A stretch of 64,000 bases of DNA from Patescibacteria group bacterium. GTDB taxonomy: Bacteria > Patescibacteriota > UBA1384 > XYA2-FULL-43-10 > 1-14-0-10-43-13. Position 1 is the first letter of the stretch, and every line of letters begins with the position of its first letter. The stretch is from positions 21,561-85,560 of the forward strand of contig JBAZBD010000001.1 in assembly GCA_041671645.1 (NCBI GenBank), in the 5' to 3' direction. This document shows, in pieces, positions 61,479 to 64,000 of the stretch. The position numbers were made by a program, and so were the translations under genes. Below the pieces are notes generated by a model that did no database searches, was not told the DNA's origin, and saw only the letters and a program-made list of their open reading frames with translations.

Positions 61479-62500
61479 AAATTTTGGTAACTGGGGGCGC
61501 TGGATTTATTGGTTCAAACTTTATTCTCTACATGATGAGCAAGTATCCCGACTACGAAATAGTTAACTTGGATAATCTGACCTACGCAGGAAATCTAGAA
61601 ACTCTTGCCAGTGTCGAGAACAATCCAAATTATACTTTTGTCCATGGTGACATTTGCGATCGCGAAACGGTCGTCAAGGCGATGGCTGGCTGTGATATTG
61701 TCGTCCATTTCGCCGCAGAATCCCATGTCGATCGTTCGATCACTGGGCCAGCGATTTTCGTCAAGACAAATGTTGTCGGGACTCAAGTCTTGCTCGATGT
61801 TGCCAAGGACAACAATATCAAGCGATTCCATCACGTCTCGACCGATGAAGTCTTCGGTGCCCTCGACTTGGACAAGCCAGAAGAGAGATTTTCCGAATCA
61901 ACTCCATATTGTCCGCACTCCCCATATTCTGCTTCCAAGGCCGGTAGCGACCACCTAGTTCGTGCTTATCATGATACTTATGGACTTGATGTGACTATCT
62001 CCAACTGCACCAACAATTATGGCCCGTATCAATTTCCAGAGAAGGTTATTCCCCTCTTCATCACCAACGCCCTTCAAGACAAGGCCCTCCCGATCTATGG
62101 CAAAGGCCTGGCTATCAGAGATTATATCTATGTCACCGACCACTGCGCTGGCATCGATCTGATCGTTCACAATGGAAAAGCCGGCGAGACCTACTGCCTC
62201 GGCGGTCATGCTGAGAAAAATGGCCTGGAAGTAGCTGACACAATATTGAGAACAGTCGGCAAGCCAGAGACACTCAAGACTCACGTCGAGGATCGCAAGG
62301 GTCATGATATGAGATATGCCATTGACGACACCAAAATCCGCAACGAGCTTGGCTACAAGCCTTCCGTAACTTTTGACGAGGGCATCCAGAAAACTATTGA
62401 TTGGTATAAGGAAAACAAAACTTGGTGGGAACGGATCATCTCCAAGGAATATCTCGACACCAATAGAGAGCAATTAAACAATTCAAAGGTTGGGGAATAA
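61475..62500 (+). CDS. rfbB: dTDP-glucose 4,6-dehydratase
   Basis: ILVTGGAGFIGSNF, YSASKAGSD. Confidence 0.9.
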   Translation: MKILVTGGAGFIGSNFILYMMSKYPDYEIVNLDNLTYAGNLETLASVENNPNYTFVHGDICDRETVVKAMAGCDIVVHFAAESHVDRSITGPAIFVKTNVVGTQVLLDVAKDNNIKRFHHVSTDEVFGALDLDKPEERFSESTPYCPHSPYSASKAGSDHLVRAYHDTYGLDVTISNCTNNYGPYQFPEKVIPLFITNALQDKALPIYGKGLAIRDYIYVTDHCAGIDLIVHNGKAGETYCLGGHAEKNGLEVADTILRTVGKPETLKTHVEDRKGHDMRYAIDDTKIRNELGYKPSVTFDEGIQKTIDWYKENKTWWERIISKEYLDTNREQLNNSKVGE

Positions 62501-63354
62501 TGAAAATATTAGTCACTGGCGCCAAAGGACAACTTGGCAAGAAAATCATCGATTTACTAAGCGATAAATACGAATTGGTATTGACCGACTCGGCAGAAAT
62601 GGATATCACAGACAAGGCGAAAGTCCTCGAAGTTGTTGGCGCGGAAAAGCCAGATTTCATCTTGCACGCCGCCGCTTACACTCAGGTAGACAAGGCCGAG
62701 GAAACGGAAGAGATTTGCCGCAAAGTGAATTCACTGGGCTCGGAAAATATTGCAAAAGCAGGTAAAGAATTTGGCTCGACCGTGATTTACATCTCGACTG
62801 ATTATGTCTTTGACGGCAAGAAAGATTCGCCTTATACCGAAGAAGACGCAACCAATCCTCTCTCAGTATATGGGAAGACGAAACTCGAGGGCGAAGAAGC
62901 CGTTAAAAATAATTGTGATAAATACTATATTATCCGCTCCGCTTGGATCTTTGGCGAATTGCCAGAGGGCCATCCAGGAACCAATTTCGTCGAGACGATG
63001 CTCAGACTTGCCAAAGATCGAGATGAATTAAGCATCGTCAGCGATCAGATCGGCTCGCCTACTTACACTGGCGATTTGGTCGAGGCAATTGAGAAAATAA
63101 TCGAAATCAAACCCGCCTACGGCGTTTATCTCTTTTCTGGCGCTGGTGCCGCTTCATGGTACGACTTCGCAGTTGAGATTTTCAAGCAAACCAATACCAA
63201 AATTGAGGTCAAGCCGATCACAAGCGACCAATATCCCCAAAAAGCGACGAGACCAGCCTATTCATACATGGATAAAACTAAAGTCGAGACAGCACTCTCT
63301 TCCAAAGTTCGGCCATGGCAAGAAATGTTGGCTGACTATCTCAAAAGAAGATAA
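62500..63354 (+). CDS. rfbD: dTDP-4-dehydrorhamnose reductase
   Basis: RmlD-like length and Rossmann fold. YGKTK catalytic region. Confidence 0.85.
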   Translation: MKILVTGAKGQLGKKIIDLLSDKYELVLTDSAEMDITDKAKVLEVVGAEKPDFILHAAAYTQVDKAEETEEICRKVNSLGSENIAKAGKEFGSTVIYISTDYVFDGKKDSPYTEEDATNPLSVYGKTKLEGEEAVKNNCDKYYIIRSAWIFGELPEGHPGTNFVETMLRLAKDRDELSIVSDQIGSPTYTGDLVEAIEKIIEIKPAYGVYLFSGAGAASWYDFAVEIFKQTNTKIEVKPITSDQYPQKATRPAYSYMDKTKVETALSSKVRPWQEMLADYLKRR

Positions 63355-63365
63355 TTGTTTACACT

Positions 63366-63398
63366 AAAAAAGAGGCCCATCGTGAGCCTCTTTTTTTA
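63366..63398. terminator. bidirectional Rho-independent terminator (rfbD / gtrA convergent)
   Basis: aaaaagaggc-ccatcgtga-gcctcttttttt. Confidence 0.5.
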
Positions 63399-63407
63399 TA
63401 GATATTC

Positions 63408-63848
63408 CTATCTCTTGTATGTCCAGAGCTTGTTGATGAAGAAATTCCAGATGATCGCTGAGCCAGAGGCGAAGACAAGTGGCATGATATCGTGTTTACC
63501 CATCAGGACAGGATTGTAGGAGCCAAGAGTCGCTCTGAATACTAGCCAATTGATGCCCCAGCCGATCAGGCTGACAACAAAGAATTTGACCAGGATCATG
63601 CTTTTGGCGTTAGCTTCGCCCGATTGAGCAATTTTTTGATATTCCTTCTTGAAGGTCCAAATCGTGTTGAAAAGGTATGAATTGGCGACCGCGACCAGGA
63701 ATGAAATCGCCTTGGCGATGCTCTTGTCCCCCTCTAGCACCGAAGCCGTCAAAAGATAGTAGACAACCCAGTCGACACCGGTGTTGACGACGCCAACTAC
63801 ACCAAACTTTATAAATTGAACGAGATTCTCATTTTTCGATTTATTCAT
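63408..63848 (-). CDS. GtrA-family membrane protein (polyprenyl-phosphate-sugar translocation)
   Basis: LVQFIKFGVVGVVNTGVDWVVYYLL GtrA signature, four TM helices. Confidence 0.75.
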   Translation of the reverse strand: MNKSKNENLVQFIKFGVVGVVNTGVDWVVYYLLTASVLEGDKSIAKAISFLVAVANSYLFNTIWTFKKEYQKIAQSGEANAKSMILVKFFVVSLIGWGINWLVFRATLGSYNPVLMGKHDIMPLVFASGSAIIWNFFINKLWTYKR

Positions 63849-63973
63849 TTTTCGATTCTCATTAATTTTCTGCTCTTTCCAATTATACTCGAATTACGGA
63901 ATTGTGAAAATAAATATTAAAATGCTAGAATGGAATAAATAGAAAGATTGTAAAATAATTCACTGGAGGTGCC

Positions 63974-64000
63974 ATGCTTGAAGTAGACATTGAGAAAATT
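63974..64000 (+). CDS. start of a gene running off the window (MLEVDIEKI...)
   Basis: GGAGGTG RBS 5 nt before ATG. Only 9 codons visible. Confidence 0.2.

Overview
Overall picture: a roughly 45% GC bacterial window with short intergenic spacers and many translationally coupled genes. The gene content (many glycosyltransferases, Wzy/Wzx-type membrane proteins, dockerin-bearing secreted proteins, a K+/H+ pyrophosphatase, and few biosynthetic genes) is consistent with a small-genome Patescibacteria/CPR-like organism. That lineage call is inference only.

Layout:
- 1-3.2 kb, + strand: a four-gene coupled operon (DUF475 membrane protein, DMT transporter, and two paralogous HD phosphohydrolases, the second fused to DUF1653).
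- 3.2-3.5 kb: a GC-rich island between two convergent terminators, carrying a small ORF with a perfect Shine-Dalgarno sequence.
- 3.5-12.6 kb, - strand: housekeeping genes ppsA, recX, recA, a RodZ-like gene, ftsK and rnj.
- 12.7-21 kb: family-4 uracil-DNA glycosylase, a P-type cation ATPase, VanW/DUF3006/unknown, and a membrane H+/Na+ pyrophosphatase.
- 21.3-63.8 kb: one very large cell-envelope glycan locus. It holds a lipoprotein; three tandem Wzy_C/O-antigen-ligase-like paralogs; dockerin and surface-anchored proteins; two Wzx flippases; at least eight GT2/GT4 glycosyltransferases; a GtrB-like GT2 followed by DUF2304, a second GT2 and a large membrane protein; a complete pseudaminic-acid-type nonulosonic acid operon (pseB, pseC, pseH-like, pseI, pseF) that also carries a thiolase, an acetoacetyl-CoA-reductase-like SDR, a second DegT aminotransferase, a Gfo/Idh/MocA oxidoreductase and a FemAB-like protein; rfbACBD with an inserted NUDIX gene; and GtrA.
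- Embedded in that locus is a metK / PfkB kinase / ahcY methyl-cycle operon preceded by a SAM-I riboswitch with a terminator expression platform.

I found no CRISPR array, tRNA/rRNA genes or mobile elements.
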